From: Octopus vulgaris
Lineage: Eukaryota
Direction: 5' to 3'
DNA: 64,000 nucleotides
Assembly: GCA_951406725.2 (NCBI GenBank)
Contig: OX597818.1
Location: 124,930,001 to 124,994,000, forward strand
Shown one piece after another: positions 25,880-39,132 of the stretch. The stretch's first letter is position 1; each line of letters opens with the position of its first letter. Position numbers and translations under genes: made by a program. The notes under the pieces are model-generated. The model saw only the letters and a program-made list of their open reading frames with translations, ran no database searches and had not been told where the DNA came from.

Positions 25880-27832
25880 GTGGAGAGGAGCTGCTAGAGT
25901 CCTACCATGTATAGCTACAATTATCTCTGCCTACATCCCACAAGCAAGCCTACTAAATGAACAGAAGGATCATTTTTATGATATTCTTCTGCAGGCTACC
26001 TCAAAGACAAGTGACAATGATCTCATCTTTGTGGCTGGAGATTTTAATGGGCATGTCGGACAGCAATCTGGTATCTTCCATGGTGTACATGGGGGCCATG
26101 GAGTTGTACCAGAAATAAAGAGGGAGCTAGGCTTCTGGAGTTCTGTGATGCAAATAACATATTGATCTGCAACACCAACTTCAGGAAGCCAGCCACCCAC
26201 CTGATAACCTAACAATCAGGTGACTCTGCTAGCCAGATTGATTTCATTCTCACCAGACAGTGGGATGCATGGTTGCTCTTAAATACAAAGATCCTCTCAG
26301 AGATTTAAGGATATCCTTACAAAGAAGTTTGATGAGAAGAAGGAGGAGCTACATTCCTGTGACATAGAAGCCAGCTTGGAATTCAAGACAGGCTGACCCT
26401 GGGAGCTCCTCTATGTTGATGACCTTGCTCTAATAACTGAGTCACTGCCAGAATTAGAGATGAAGTATAGGGTGTAGAAGCAAGGTTTAGAATCGAAGTG
26501 CCTTCGGGTTAACCTAGCAAAAACCAAAGTCTTAGTAAGTAGGAAGGCTGAAAAACCACAAACCCTTTCAGGTAGATGGCCCTGCTCGATCTGTAGAAAA
26601 GGTGTGGGTAGAAACTCCAAACAATGTACCTGGTGTAAGCTTTGGACACATAAAAGGTGCAGCAATATCAAAGGAAGGTTAACCAGGAAGATAGTTTTTG
26701 TGTGTGGCAGATGCACAGGGGCAATAAACACTGAAGATGCACAGAAAACAGATTCCATCACATGCCAAGGGGAAAAAACTAGAAGTAGTTGATTGCTTCC
26801 ACTACCTAGGTAACCAAGTCTATAGTGGGGGAGAATGCTCTGAGAGTATAGTGGCTAGAATAAGAATAGCCTGGGCAAAGTTCAGGGAGCTCCTACCTCT
26901 GCTGGCAAATAAGGGCCTCTTGTTCAGGATGAAAGGTAGACTGTATGTTGCATGTGTACGAACCATGCTACATGGCTGTGAAACATGGGCCATGACTGCT
27001 GAAGACATGTGTAGGCTTGAAAGAAATGAAGTTAGTATGATCCACTGGATGTGTAATGTCAGAGTGCATACACGACAGATTGTGATCAGTCTGAGAGGAA
27101 AGTTGGACATAAGAAGCATCAAATGTGGTGTGCAAGAGAGACAACTGCATGGTATGGTCATGTATTACATATGGATGAGGACAGCTGTGTGAGGAAGTGC
27201 CACACCCTAACTGTGGAAGGAACCTGTGGTAGAAGTAGACTCAGGAAGACATGGGATGAGGTGGTGAAGCATGACCTCTGAACGTTGTGCCTCTCAGAGG
27301 CAATGACTGGAGACCAAGATCTTTGGAGATATGCTGTGATTGAGAAGACCCGACAACTAAAGTGAGATTGCAGCCATGGTCGATGCTAGTGTTGCATGTC
27401 TGGCCCATTTAAGAGTACTCTTGATGCGTTGGGTGATATGATATGCTTGAGAAGACCTGTTGAGTCAAGTAAAACCAAAATCGTAGCTGTGGCCAGTGCC
27501 CCTGACTGGCTCCCATTCCAGTGACAGGTAAAATGCATCATCTGAACGTGGTCAAAGACAGTGCCCCTAATTGGCTCCTTTTCTAGTGGCACATAAAAAG
27601 CACCATCTGAACGTGGTTGATGCCAGGTCTGCCTGACTGGCTCCCATGCTGATGGCGTGTAAAAAGCACCCACTACACTCTCAGAGTGGTTGGCATTAGG
27701 AAGGGCATCCAGCTGTAGAAACTCTTCCAGATCAGATTGGAGCCTGGTGCAGCTGCTGGCTCTCCAGACCTCAGTCAAACCGTCCAACCCATGCCAACAT
27801 GGAAAACAGATATTAAGTGATGATGATAATGA
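25880..27832 (+). mobile_element. RTE LINE, internally deleted (APE endonuclease, RT and 3' UTR)
   Basis: SAYIPQ and VAGDFNGHVG (APE), ELLYVDDL, FHYLG, HGCETW, 3' UTR and (GAT)n tail. Contains stops and frameshifts. Confidence 0.9.
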
Positions 27833-27904
27833 TATATGAGTGTATATACATATGTGTGTGTGTATATATATATATATATATACATATGTGTATGTATGTG
27901 TAAC

Positions 27905-29664
27905 CACTGATGCTATATTTGTGGTAACACAGCTGCAGGAGAAATACCTACCCAAAGATAAACCTCTGTACTAGGCTTTCGTTTATGTGGAGAAAGCCTT
28001 TGACAGGGTCCCCTGATCCCTTATCTAGTGGTCAATAAAAGAAACTAGGGATGGATGAATGGTTAATGAGAGCTGTGCAAGCCATGTACAGGGATGCTGT
28101 CAGTAAGGTGAGGGTTAGCAATGAGTACAGTGAAGAATGGGTCCACCAAGGATCACTCCTCAGCCCCCTCTTATTCATTATTGCCCTTGAGGCAATAACA
28201 GAGGAATTCAAGACAGGATGCCCCTGGGAGCTCCTCTATGCTGACGATCTTGCTCTAATTGCTGAGTCACTATCAGAACTAGAGACGTTTCAGGTGTGGA
28301 AGCAAGGATTAGAATCAAAGGGCCTTAGAGTCAACCTAGCTAAAACCAAAGTCATAATAAGTAGGAAGGTAGACAAACCACAATTCCCTTCAGGTAGATG
28401 GCCCTGCTCAATCTGTAGAAAAGGCGTAGGTAGAAACTCCATAAGATGTACCTAGTGTAAGCTATGGACACATAAGAGATGCAGCAATATCAAAGGAAAG
28501 CTTACTGGGAAGTTTTTGTATGTGGCAATTGTGTCAGGAGCAATAAACACTGAAAATGTGCAGAGAACAGCTTCTGTCACATTCCAGGGAGAAAAACTAT
28601 AAGTAGTTGATAGCTTCTTTTACCTAGGTGACCAAGTCAGAATCGAAACTGCAATCCTATGACCGCGAGTCCGCTGCCCTAACCGCTGGGCCACTGCGCC
28701 TCCACAAAAGGTAGACTATGATGCATGTGTATGAACAGCCATACTACATAGCAGTGAAACATAGGCTTTGACTGCTGAGGACATGCATCAGTTTGCAAGG
28801 AATGAAGCCAGTATGTCCGCTGGATGTGTAATGTCAGTGTACATACATGAGAGAGTGTAAGTGCCCTGAGAGAGAAGTTGAACTTAAGAAGCACCAAATG
28901 TAGTGTGCAAGAGAGACAGCTGCACTTGTATGGTCATGTGTTACAAATGGATGAGGACAGCTGTGTGAAAAAGTGTCACATCCTAGCAGACCCACACGAC
29001 CTTCAAACATTGGACCTCACCAATACAATGACTAGTGATCAAGACCTTTACAGATATTCTGTGCTTGAGAAGACCCGATAAGCCAAGTCAGACCATAACC
29101 CATGGCCTATGCCAGTGGTGTTTAACCAGCCCACTTATGAGTACCCTTCATTCATTGGACAATAAACTCTGCTTGCTTGTGAAGACCTGTTGAGGCAAGT
29201 GAAATCAAAATCGCTGATGTGGCCGATGACAGTACTGCCTGATTGGCACTCGTGCCAGTGGAACATTAAAGGCACCATCCGAGCATGATCATTGCCAGGG
29301 CCGCTGACTGTAGCATGTAAAAAGCACCATTCAATTGTGATCGTTGCCAGCATCACCTTACTGACACATGAAAAGCAACATTCGAGCATGGTTGTTGCCA
29401 GTGCTGTCGGACTGGCTCTTATGCAAGTGGCACGTAAAAAACACCTTTTGAGCATGGGCATTGGCAGTACCACTTGACTGGCCCTCATGCCGGTGGCATG
29501 TAAAAGCACCCACTACACTCTTGAAGTGGTTGGTATAATGAAGGGCATCCAACTGTAGAAACTTTGCTAGATTGGAGCCCGGTGCAGCCTTCTGGCTCGC
29601 CGGTCCTCAGTCAAACCATCCAACCCATGCCAGCATAGAAAGCGTACATTAAACGATGATGATG

Positions 29665-29665
<1 letters not shown>
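27905..29665 (+). mobile_element. RTE LINE, 5'-truncated
   Basis: EKAFDRV, HQGSLLSPLLF, ELLYADDL and GLRVNLAKTKV motifs, then 3' UTR and tail. Confidence 0.9.
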
Positions 29666-29700
<35 letters not shown>

Positions 29701-30799
29701 CCAAGAACACTTGCCCACCACAAAAGAATTGAGATCTTAAAACCAAGGAATCACAAAAAAACCTGGTACCATGTAAAAAGCACCCAGTACACACAGTAAA
29801 ATGGTTGGTGTCAGGAAGGTCATCAAACTGTAGAAACCAAACCAAAATGGATTATAGAACCTGGTGTGGCATCTGGCCTTGTCAGTACCTGTCAAGCTAA
29901 TGTAAAAAGAAATGGAATGGTGAAACTATTTTTTCATTTTATGAAAAAGCAATGTCTTGGACTTATGACACTTTCGCATAATAGCAATGATATATATCTA
30001 TGTGTGTGTGTCTGTGTTTGTCCCTGCCCATCACCACTTGACAACCGGTGTTGGTATGTTTACGTCCCTGTAACTAGCAAAAGAGACAGATAGAATGAGT
30101 ACCATGCTTAAAAAATAAGTACTAGGATCAATTCATTTGACTAAAAGATCAAGTTGGTGCCCCAGTGTAGCCACAGTCTAATGACTGAAACCAGTAAAAG
30201 ATAAAAGATAAAAGTTCTTAGCTGCTTTCTTGTATATGAGCAAAGCCATTGCTAGAAAGAATTACTGAAATGAATCATTGTTGATGCAATGTGAAGACCT
30301 TGTGCAAAAGATTTGCACAATCTATTACATAATGCACAGCTGTGCTGACTAGCAGAAGGAACAAGTACCACAGTATGAACTCTTTTGATATGCCTTTACA
30401 ATCCTCCAACTGAGAGGCATACCTTTCCACAGGTTGCACATGTTCTTGTTCCCGCTATTTTTCCTTTCTACAACTATGTAAGGAAATGTGAGGCACCCAA
30501 CAAGTGTCAACCTCACATCCTACAAATGCTTAAAAACTAGTTTTAGTGAAGCTTCTTTCAAAATTTGTATTTTGTTTTTCACACATTATTTTGTGTCAGT
30601 TGAACTAGGTAAATATCAGAGAAAGAAACAAAGCTGTCTGTTTCTTGCAATACACACCAATACATACATCTAAGGCAAATTTTTTTCAGGGGCCCTTACA
30701 ATACTATTGTGGATCCTTGATTTATTATTTTGTTGCGTAGACCCCTAAAAATCTTATGTGGACCCTCAAGGGCCATATGGATCCTAGTTGAGAACCACT

Positions 30800-31400
30800 G
30801 CTCTATCTGGTAACTACTTCTGTGCATCTACCACCACCACCAAGATCTTTATCAACTCTCAGCCTACATTTGATTCCATGCACCCACAGATCACATTCGG
30901 TACACTATATATTACTTTTACCAACTCCTTTTCTGTACACTAAACAAAGCCTTTTCTCTGATGGCACTACAATCCTGTTTTCTTGCTTACTAAAACTTTA
31001 GCATTTGCTAAGTTTACTCTGAAGCCTTGTGATACTAGTTTACATTTCGACATCAGAAACATCTCTAAATTCTCAACAATCTCTACAATAAGGACTAGGC
31101 TATCAGCACATAGGAGTTCCCAATGACAACCAGTTTTAAACTTCTCAGTTATAGCTTGGAGAACTATAATAGGAGGGAGTAGAAAACCAATCTTTGGAGG
31201 AGACATACTTGTTCCCTCTGTGAATTCATCGCCAATCCTCTCTTTGCTGACTGTATCTCTATACATGACTTACACTACTCACTAATGCCATTCATACACT
31301 AGTTTTATTAGTGACTTATAAACTTTAGATTGTTGTATTTTGTCAAAAATAGACCTTTTACAGATAGAAAATGCTAGGTAGGAAAGCTTTCTCTAGCATA
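30800..31400 (-). mobile_element. Old RTE RT fragment
   Basis: QAITEKFKTGCHWELLCADSL...GFRVNLANAKV, homologous to ORF 28051-28455. Confidence 0.7.
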
Positions 31401-31859
31401 GCAAACCTCTTGCAATTGTTTTGCTATGAAAAGAGTATCCCCTATGCTGTAGTAACCCATCTAATTTAAATGGATTCTATTCTTAATTGTGTTAAGACTT
31501 TCTATTACTTTCATATGTGTATGTATATTTATAAATTTATAGGAGAAACGTACACACGAACACATATATATGTGTGTGTACATGTTTTTTAATGTACTCC
31601 GTATCAATTTACTTTCCTAATATGGCTGCCGAATTATTTTTCTTTTAACATTTCACCTCGTTTTCTATCTGATCTACATCTATGTATATATCCAAAGAAA
31701 TAAACAAACGAGAATTCACTTTCATTTCTCATTTGATTGAAATTTAATTTTTACCTTTTTTTTTTTCATTTTGATAACATTTCCTTTAATTATTCATATT
31801 TTTATACGCTCTCGTACCAAGACTTTCTGCGTTTAACCAATTACCAAATAAAAAATAAC

Positions 31860-31954
31860 AGAATGTCACAGGCCCGAACCGTTTACATTGTTGTGTTGTC
31901 GAGTCACAATATTGACGATTTTTTTTTTCAAACTTTACCGAATTTTAGGTAAGT
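31860..31954 (+). promoter_or_regulatory. Candidate promoter and non-coding first exon of POLB
   Basis: Unique CpG-retaining segment 31600-32200 with YY1-like aatatggctgcc (~31619-31630) and a consensus donor AG|GTAAGT at 31949. The link to POLB is inference. Confidence 0.4.
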
Positions 31955-32343
31955 AAAAAAAATACTTTTACGCATATTATTATTATCGATTAATTACACA
32001 ACAATCGCAAATAATTAAAGACCGATTTCTCTATGCACACATAGTCGTGGTGAAATTTTTTTTTACATTTGAATTAATTGCAGCCCTTCCACGCACGGAT
32101 TCTACTGCAATTAGAGCAAGGTAAGGGAGCAAAACATAAACACTGCCCACCGATCGAACCTTTCTACTGTAGTCCTACTCGTATTAAGCACGTTTTTATT
32201 TTTCTTCTGGTTGCACATCTAAATGTTTAATATATCAAAAAATGCCAATATAATGATCCTAAATGTATAATTATTTTTATAGATTCGTTTTAGCCGGTTT
32301 TATTAATTGGTTTCGCATCGAAGTGGGTCTTCCCTTTTTTTTG

Positions 32344-32383
<40 letters not shown>

Positions 32384-32483
32384 GTTTGATAAGTATAAAA
32401 GAAAAGAAAATTCAAAATGTGACTATAGGTGTATATATTTTATTTAATCGGCAGAAGTTATAAAATAACTGAAGGGGCGAAAT

Positions 32484-32547
<64 letters not shown>

Positions 32548-32629
32548 ACAGACAGACAGACATAATACATACATACACAGACACACACACACACACATAC
32601 ATACATACATACATGTATGCATGCATGCA

Positions 32630-32663
<34 letters not shown>

Positions 32664-33192
32664 CATATACTTATTTTACAATACTATTAATATTATGGTG
32701 TGTATGTGTGTGTCTTGAAGGTGGCGAGTTGGCAGAATCAATAGCACGCCGGTCAAGATGCTTACCGGCATTTTGTTCACCTTTACGTCCTGAGTTCAAA
32801 TCCCTCCTCGGTCGACTTTGTCTTTCATCCTTTCGAGGTCGATAAAGTAAGTTCCAGTTGAGCACTGGGGTCGATATAATCGACTTATCCACTCTGAACA
32901 TGCTAGTTTTGTGCTAAAATTTAAAAGCGATATTATGGTGTGTGTGTGTGTGATGCAAAGTAAGCAACAGATTCCTTTTGAATGCAAAAAATGTGCACTT
33001 TTAAGAGTTTCGAGGAATCCAAGTCCTCGGAGGGTAGGGAGAACACTAAACATTTTTTTATACCAAAAAAAAAAAAAAAAAAAAGTCGAATAATCATGGT
33101 TGAAACATTTTTAAAAAGGATGAGAATTTAAGGTACAGTCATGACTGAAACAAGTAAAAGATAAAAGATGACATATTAACCCTAACCCTAAC

Positions 33193-33960
33193 TAGCATGG
33201 CTCAGTGGTTAGAGTGTTGGGCTCACAATCTTGAGGTAGTGAGTTCGATTCCTGAATTGGGCTGTGTGTTGTGTTCTTGAGCAAGACACTTTATTTCACA
33301 TTGCTTCAGTTCACTCAGCTGTAGAAATGATTTGCAATGTCACTGGTGCTAAGTTGTATCAGCCATTGCCTTGCCTTTCCCTTGGGTAATATCAGTAGCA
33401 TGGAGAGGGGAGGGGCTGGTATGCATGGGCAGCTGCTGGTCTTCCATAAACAACCTATTTCTTTATTACCCACAAGGGGCTAAACACAGAGAGGACAAAC
33501 AAGGACAGACAAACGGATTAAGTCGATTGTATCGACCCCAGTGCTTAACTGGTACTTATTTAATCGACCCCGAAAGGATGAAAGGCAAAGTCGACCTCGG
33601 CGGAATTTGAACTCAGAACGTAGCGGAAGACGAAATACCGCTAAGCATTTCGCCCGGTGTGCTAACGTTTCTGCCATGAAAGGCAAAGTTGACCTTGGCG
33701 GAATTTGAACTCAGAACATAGCAGCAGACGAAATACCGCTAAGCATTTCGCCCGGTGTGCTGACGTTTCTGCCATGAAAGGCAAAGTTGACCTTGGCGGA
33801 ATTTGAACTCAGAACGTAGTGGCAGACGAAATACCGCTAAGCATTTCGCCCGGTGTGCTAACGTTTCTGCCAGCTCACCGCATAAACAACCCTGCCCGGA
33901 CTTGTGCCTCGGAGGAGAACTTTCTGGGTGCAATCCGGTTCATGACTGAAGAGGGTTGTT
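33193..33960 (+). mobile_element. Family C SINE interrupted by a family B SINE with triplicated internal segment
   Basis: Insert ~33456-33880 is flanked by TSD cataaacaacc and has three ~101-bp tandem units. The left junction is duplicated at 34455-34780. Confidence 0.8.
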
Positions 33961-34821
33961 ACCGACCCTACCCTGCTTAAACCTTAGATTTAAACTTAAT
34001 CCCTAATTTTAACCCCCTAACTCTTACTCCAAAACTAACCCCAACTTTTTTAATAATGCATATTTTGGCATGTCCAAAGTAATCAACCCACATAATTTTC
34101 ATTTTGAAAATGATCCTTTTTGGACCTTAAACTCCCGTATAAGCAACGTAAGCCAGTCATGTGTGTTTAAGAAGTTTGCTTTCCAGCCACATGATTACAG
34201 GTTCAGTCCCTATGCTTTGTGCATGTGCTGACAGCTATAGTCCCTGGTTCATCAAGGCATAGTAAGTGGACCTGGAAAACAAAATCTGAAAGAAACCCTC
34301 AACGTCATGTGATGGTTGGAAATGACTGTTGCCATTGTACAGGCAAAAGTACCTTCTTCAAAGTCATATCCGATTATATTGCAACCACATGATTATGGGT
34401 TCAGTCCTATTGTGCATTTTTCTTCTATAATCCTGGGCCAACCAACCAACCACTGCCTGGTTCAGTTCACTCAGCTGTAGAAATGATTTGCATGTCACTG
34501 GTGCTAAGTTGTATCAGCCATTGCCTTGCCTTTCCCTTGGGTAATATCAGTAGCATGGGGAGGGGAGGCTGGTATGCATGGGCAGCTGCTGGTCTCCCAT
34601 AAACAACCTATTTGTTTATTACCCACAAGGGGCTAAACACAGAGAGGACAAACAAGGACAGACAAACGGATTAAGTCGATTGTATCGACCCCAGTGCATA
34701 ACTGGTACTTATTTAATCGACCCCGAAAAGATGAAATGCAAAGTTGACCTTGGCGGAATTTGAACTCAGAATGTAGCGGTGAAATTTTGTGGACGTTTGT
34801 TTCTCTCTCCCTCTTTCCCTT

Positions 34822-34878
<57 letters not shown>

Positions 34879-35786
34879 GTATGTGTGTGTATGTAGAGGG
34901 ATTGCATCTAAAAAGTTCCCTTCTGAGTCATAAGTCCAGGCAAGATTGTTTATGGAAGACCAGCACTCTCCCATGCATACCAGCCTCTCCTCTCCACACC
35001 ACCAATATTATCCAAGAAGAAAGGCAAGGGCTGATACAGCTTGGCACCGGTGATGCTACAACTCATTTCTACAGCTGAGTGAACTGGAGCAATGTGAAAT
35101 GAAGTGTCTTGCTCAAGAGCACAACACACAGCCTAGTCTGGGAATCGAACTCACTAGCTCGTGATTGTGAGCCCAACACCCTAACCACTGAGCCATGTGC
35201 TTTCGCACACACACATGAGCGTGTACACACACACACACACACATGCACACATATATCTGTGTGTTTATCCTCCACCACTGCTTGAAAACTGGTTTCAGTT
35301 TGTTTATGTCCACATAAGTTAATTGTTTGACAAAAGAGACCAATAGAATAAGAATTAGACGCTATATATATATCATCATCATCATCATCATCATCATCAT
35401 TTAACGTCTGTTGTCCATGCTGGCATAGGTTGGACGGTTTGATTGGGCTGGCACACTGAAAGGTTGCACCAGGCTCCAGTCTGATTTGGCATGGTTTTCT
35501 ATGGCTGGTTGCCCTTCCTAACACCAACCACTCCGAGAGTGTAATGGGTGTTTTTATGTGCCACCAGCATGGATGCTATTTGCATGACACCGATATCTGC
35601 CACGACTACAATTTTGCTTGGCTTGATGGGTCTTCTTCTATCAGTCCATATATATATATTTGGTCTGATAGAAAACAATAAAAGTACTGGGGTTGATTTC
35701 TTTGGCTAAAATCTCTCAAGGTGGTGCCCCAGCATGGCCACAGTCTAATGACTCACAAGTAAAAGAAAAAGAAAACATATATATGG

Positions 35787-36020
35787 CGTCAATTTCTTTG
35801 GCTAAAACTGTTCCATGCAGCGCGGATTTTTGTCAGTGAACAGGTCGCGGTCTTATAGCGACGAAAATATTTTGACAAATTAAACTTAAATGTTGAAGTG
35901 AATCGAACGGCTTTTGTGTGTTTCTTAAATGGCTTACAAACACCTTCCACGCTGCAATTGTTTTCATTCCAGCACACGATCTCAGATCAAATCACTTGCT
36001 ATGCAAGTACATCTCTGTTA
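35787..36020 (+). mobile_element. Family H1 Penelope-like terminal element
   Basis: Homologous to 5532-5826 and 9877-10074. Begins after a TA tract. Confidence 0.7.
35829..35879 (+). ncRNA. Minimal type I hammerhead ribozyme, G3:C8 core variant
   Basis: Stem I tttgtca/tgacaaa, core GTGAACA+g, stem II gtcgc/gcgac, GAA, palindromic stem III AATATT, H17=U (35872). Confidence 0.7.
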
Positions 36021-36651
36021 TTCCACGCTGATGCCCAAGAATTACTAAAACAAGTAAAAAAAAATATTAAAAAATAAAAAGATATCTTTTATCTTTTACA
36101 TGTTTCAGTCATTAGCCTGTGGCCATGCTGGGGCACTGCCTTGACGAATTTTTGGTTGAATGAATCATCCCAGTACTTATTTTTTGTTAAGCTTGGTGCT
36201 TATTCTCCTAGACTCTTTGTTGAACTGTTATGGAGACATAAACCCACCAACACTAGTTGTCAATCATTGGTGGGGGACAAACAGACATAAAGACATACAC
36301 AACCACACACACACACACACACACATATGACAGGCTTCTTTCAGTTTCTGTCTACCAAATCCACTCAACAGGCTTTAGTCAGCCCAAGGCTGTAGTAGAA
36401 TACAATTACCCAAGGTGCACCATGAAGTAGGACTGAATCCTGAACCATTTGGTTGGGAAAGAAGCTTCTTCTCACACTGTCACAACTGAACACCTATACA
36501 ATTAAGTACTTTTCAGTTGTTTAAATCTTTCAATGGTTCCATTGTTTTTTCTTGGGCAAGTGTCTTCAACTACAGCCTTGGGCTGACCAAAACCTTGTGA
36601 GTGAATTTGGTAGACAGAAACTGAAAGAAGCCCATCGTATATATATTCCAA

Positions 36652-36680
<29 letters not shown>

Positions 36681-36682
<2 letters not shown>

Positions 36683-37520
36683 CATCATCATCATCATCGT
36701 TTAACGTCCGCTTTCCATGCTAGCATGGGTTGGACGGTTCAACTGGGGTCTGGGAAGCCAGAAGGCTGCACCAGGCCCAGTCTGATCTGGCAATGTTTCT
36801 ACAGCTGGATGCCCTTCCTAACGCCAACCACTCCGTGAGTGTAGTGGGTGCTTTTTATGTGCCACCGGCACAGGTGTAAGACGAGGCTGGCAAACGGCCA
36901 AGATCGGATGGTGCTTTATACGTGCCACCAGCACGGAGGCCAGACGAAGCTGGCAACGGCCACGATTGGATGGCGCTTTTTACGTACCACCGGCACAGGT
37001 GCAAGACGAGGCTGGCAAACGGCCAAGATCGGATGGTGCTTTTTACGTGCCACCAGCACGGAGACCAGACGAAGCTGGCAACGGCCACGATCGGATGGTG
37101 CTTTTTACGTGCCACCGGCATGGAGGCCAGTTAGGGCGGCGCTACATCCCAGGTAGAGGCCATGGGATTATGGCCTCACTTGTCCTATCAGGTCTTCTCA
37201 CACACAGCATACTTCCAAAGGTCTCGGCCTCTAGTCATTTCCTCGGTGTGACCTAAAGTTCAAAGGTCGTGCTTCACCACCTCGTCCCAGGTTTTCATGG
37301 GTCTACCTCTTCCACTGGTTCCCTCAACCGCTAGGGTGTGGCACTTTTTCACACAACTATCTTCATCCATTCTCGCCACATGACCATACCAGCGCAAACG
37401 TCTCTCTTGCACACCACAACTGATGCTTCTTAGGTCCAACTTTTCTCTCAAAGTACTTACACTCTGTCGGGTATGAACACTGACATTACACATCCATCGG
37501 AGCATACTGGCTTCATTTCT
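36681..37520 (-). mobile_element. RTE LINE 3' fragment
   Basis: ORF 37260-37505 RRLRWYGHVARM...GRGRPMKTW, 3' UTR with tandem repeats, (GAT)n tail. Confidence 0.85.
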
Positions 37521-37579
37521 TATATATATAAAATATATATATATTTATATATATATCTCATTACGCAAAAAATTCTTAT

Positions 37580-37631
<52 letters not shown>

Positions 37632-37654
<23 letters not shown>

Positions 37655-37914
37655 ATAATAAATATTAGGGAATAAATCCAAATTTACAGGGAAAAATCAG
37701 ATTTAGGATTGAATCCAATTTTATAGTAAAATATAATATAATATTAATTAGAGACAAAACCACTATTATGCAAATCAAACAAAGAAAGACTTAATCCAAT
37801 ACATAAAAAATTTTATATAAATTAAATATAATTATATTTAATTTATATAAAATTTTTATGTATTGGATTAAGTCTTTCTTTGTTTGATTTGCATAATAGT
37901 GGTTTTGTCTCTAA

Positions 37915-37926
<12 letters not shown>
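37632..37926. repeat. Near-perfect ~190-bp loopless palindrome between (TA)n tracts
   Basis: Arms ~37735-37831 / 37832-37926. One indel seen. Confidence 0.85.
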
Positions 37927-37985
<59 letters not shown>

Positions 37986-39132
37986 ATATATGTGTGTGTG
38001 TGTATGTATTGGTGTGTCTGTGCTTGTCTTCCTGCCATCACTTGACCCCCAATGCTGGTGTACTTATGTCCCTGTAACTTATGTTACTTATGTTCGGTAA
38101 AAGAGCGCGATAGGTTAAGTACTGGGCTTACAAAAAAATATGTCCCGGGGGTCAATTTCTTCGACTAAAACTCTTTAAGGCAGTGCTCCATCATGGCCAC
38201 AGTCAAATGCCTGAAAGAAATAAAAGAACGTATGTATTTGAAACGCTAGTACGAGTGTATGATCACAAGATACTTAATCATATGCACACACACACACACA
38301 CACACACATGCACGCTCACACATATTTTTTTATATATTTATATGCTTTTTCTGATTGAAAGCCAAAGCTAAACCGAAGAACAACATATAAGACCACTCCC
38401 ATTTTTATAGTAAAATACCATAATATTACTATTATTAGTAGTAGTAGACATTGTATCATTTCCAAATATGGGACATATTATGTTCTCTCAAGCACTTCTT
38501 TCCATTGTCTATTGTATCCTTCAGAGAAATAAAGTGTGTTTTCCCTGTAATATTCATTTATTCTGTGGCCATGCTGGGGCACCACCTTGAAAATTTTAAG
38601 TTGAACAAATCAACAGTTGGGAAATTATTACCTCACTTGGAAACAGGTGGGGATTGGCAACAGGAAGGGCATCTGGCCATAGAAAATACTGCTTCAATAT
38701 ACTCTCATCTGATCCATGCAGGCATGGAAAAGTAGGCATTAAAATGATGATGATGATAATAACAGTGACAGAAATGATGATGATGATATTGTTTTTTATG
38801 GAAAGAAAGGAAGGTAACTGTCTATCTCAAGCTTGTAGGCTCATGAGGCCAGAGCTTATTTAGATTTTTCAAGATATATAGGCTGAGGATACAAGATTCT
38901 CAATTGAACAGAACACCAGTCCATTGCAGAGTTAGCTCCAGATTCCACTACTACTCATTTTCAGTTGAGAATACCGGAGCAGGGTGAAATGAAGGGCCTT
39001 GTTCTAGGACACAATACATCACCTTGTCCAAGAATTGAACCCATCATCTAATGATCTTCAGTTCAACACTCTAACCAATAGGCCATGTGTCTTCAACATA
39101 GTTTTATATATTGTTGAAAACTGAGAGGCTAT

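Noticed and set aside
28640-28705. tRNA-like sequence
   Set aside because: Matches the SINE head at 20140 and lacks a complete acceptor stem.
33177-33192. (TAACCC)n telomere-like motif
   Set aside because: Only 2-3 units with a degenerate continuation at ~33960-34045. Too short to call interstitial telomere.
36845-37125. Regularly spaced ~25-bp repeats resembling a CRISPR array
   Set aside because: The spacers are themselves repeated. This is the tandem 3' UTR of an RTE LINE in a eukaryote, and there are no cas genes.
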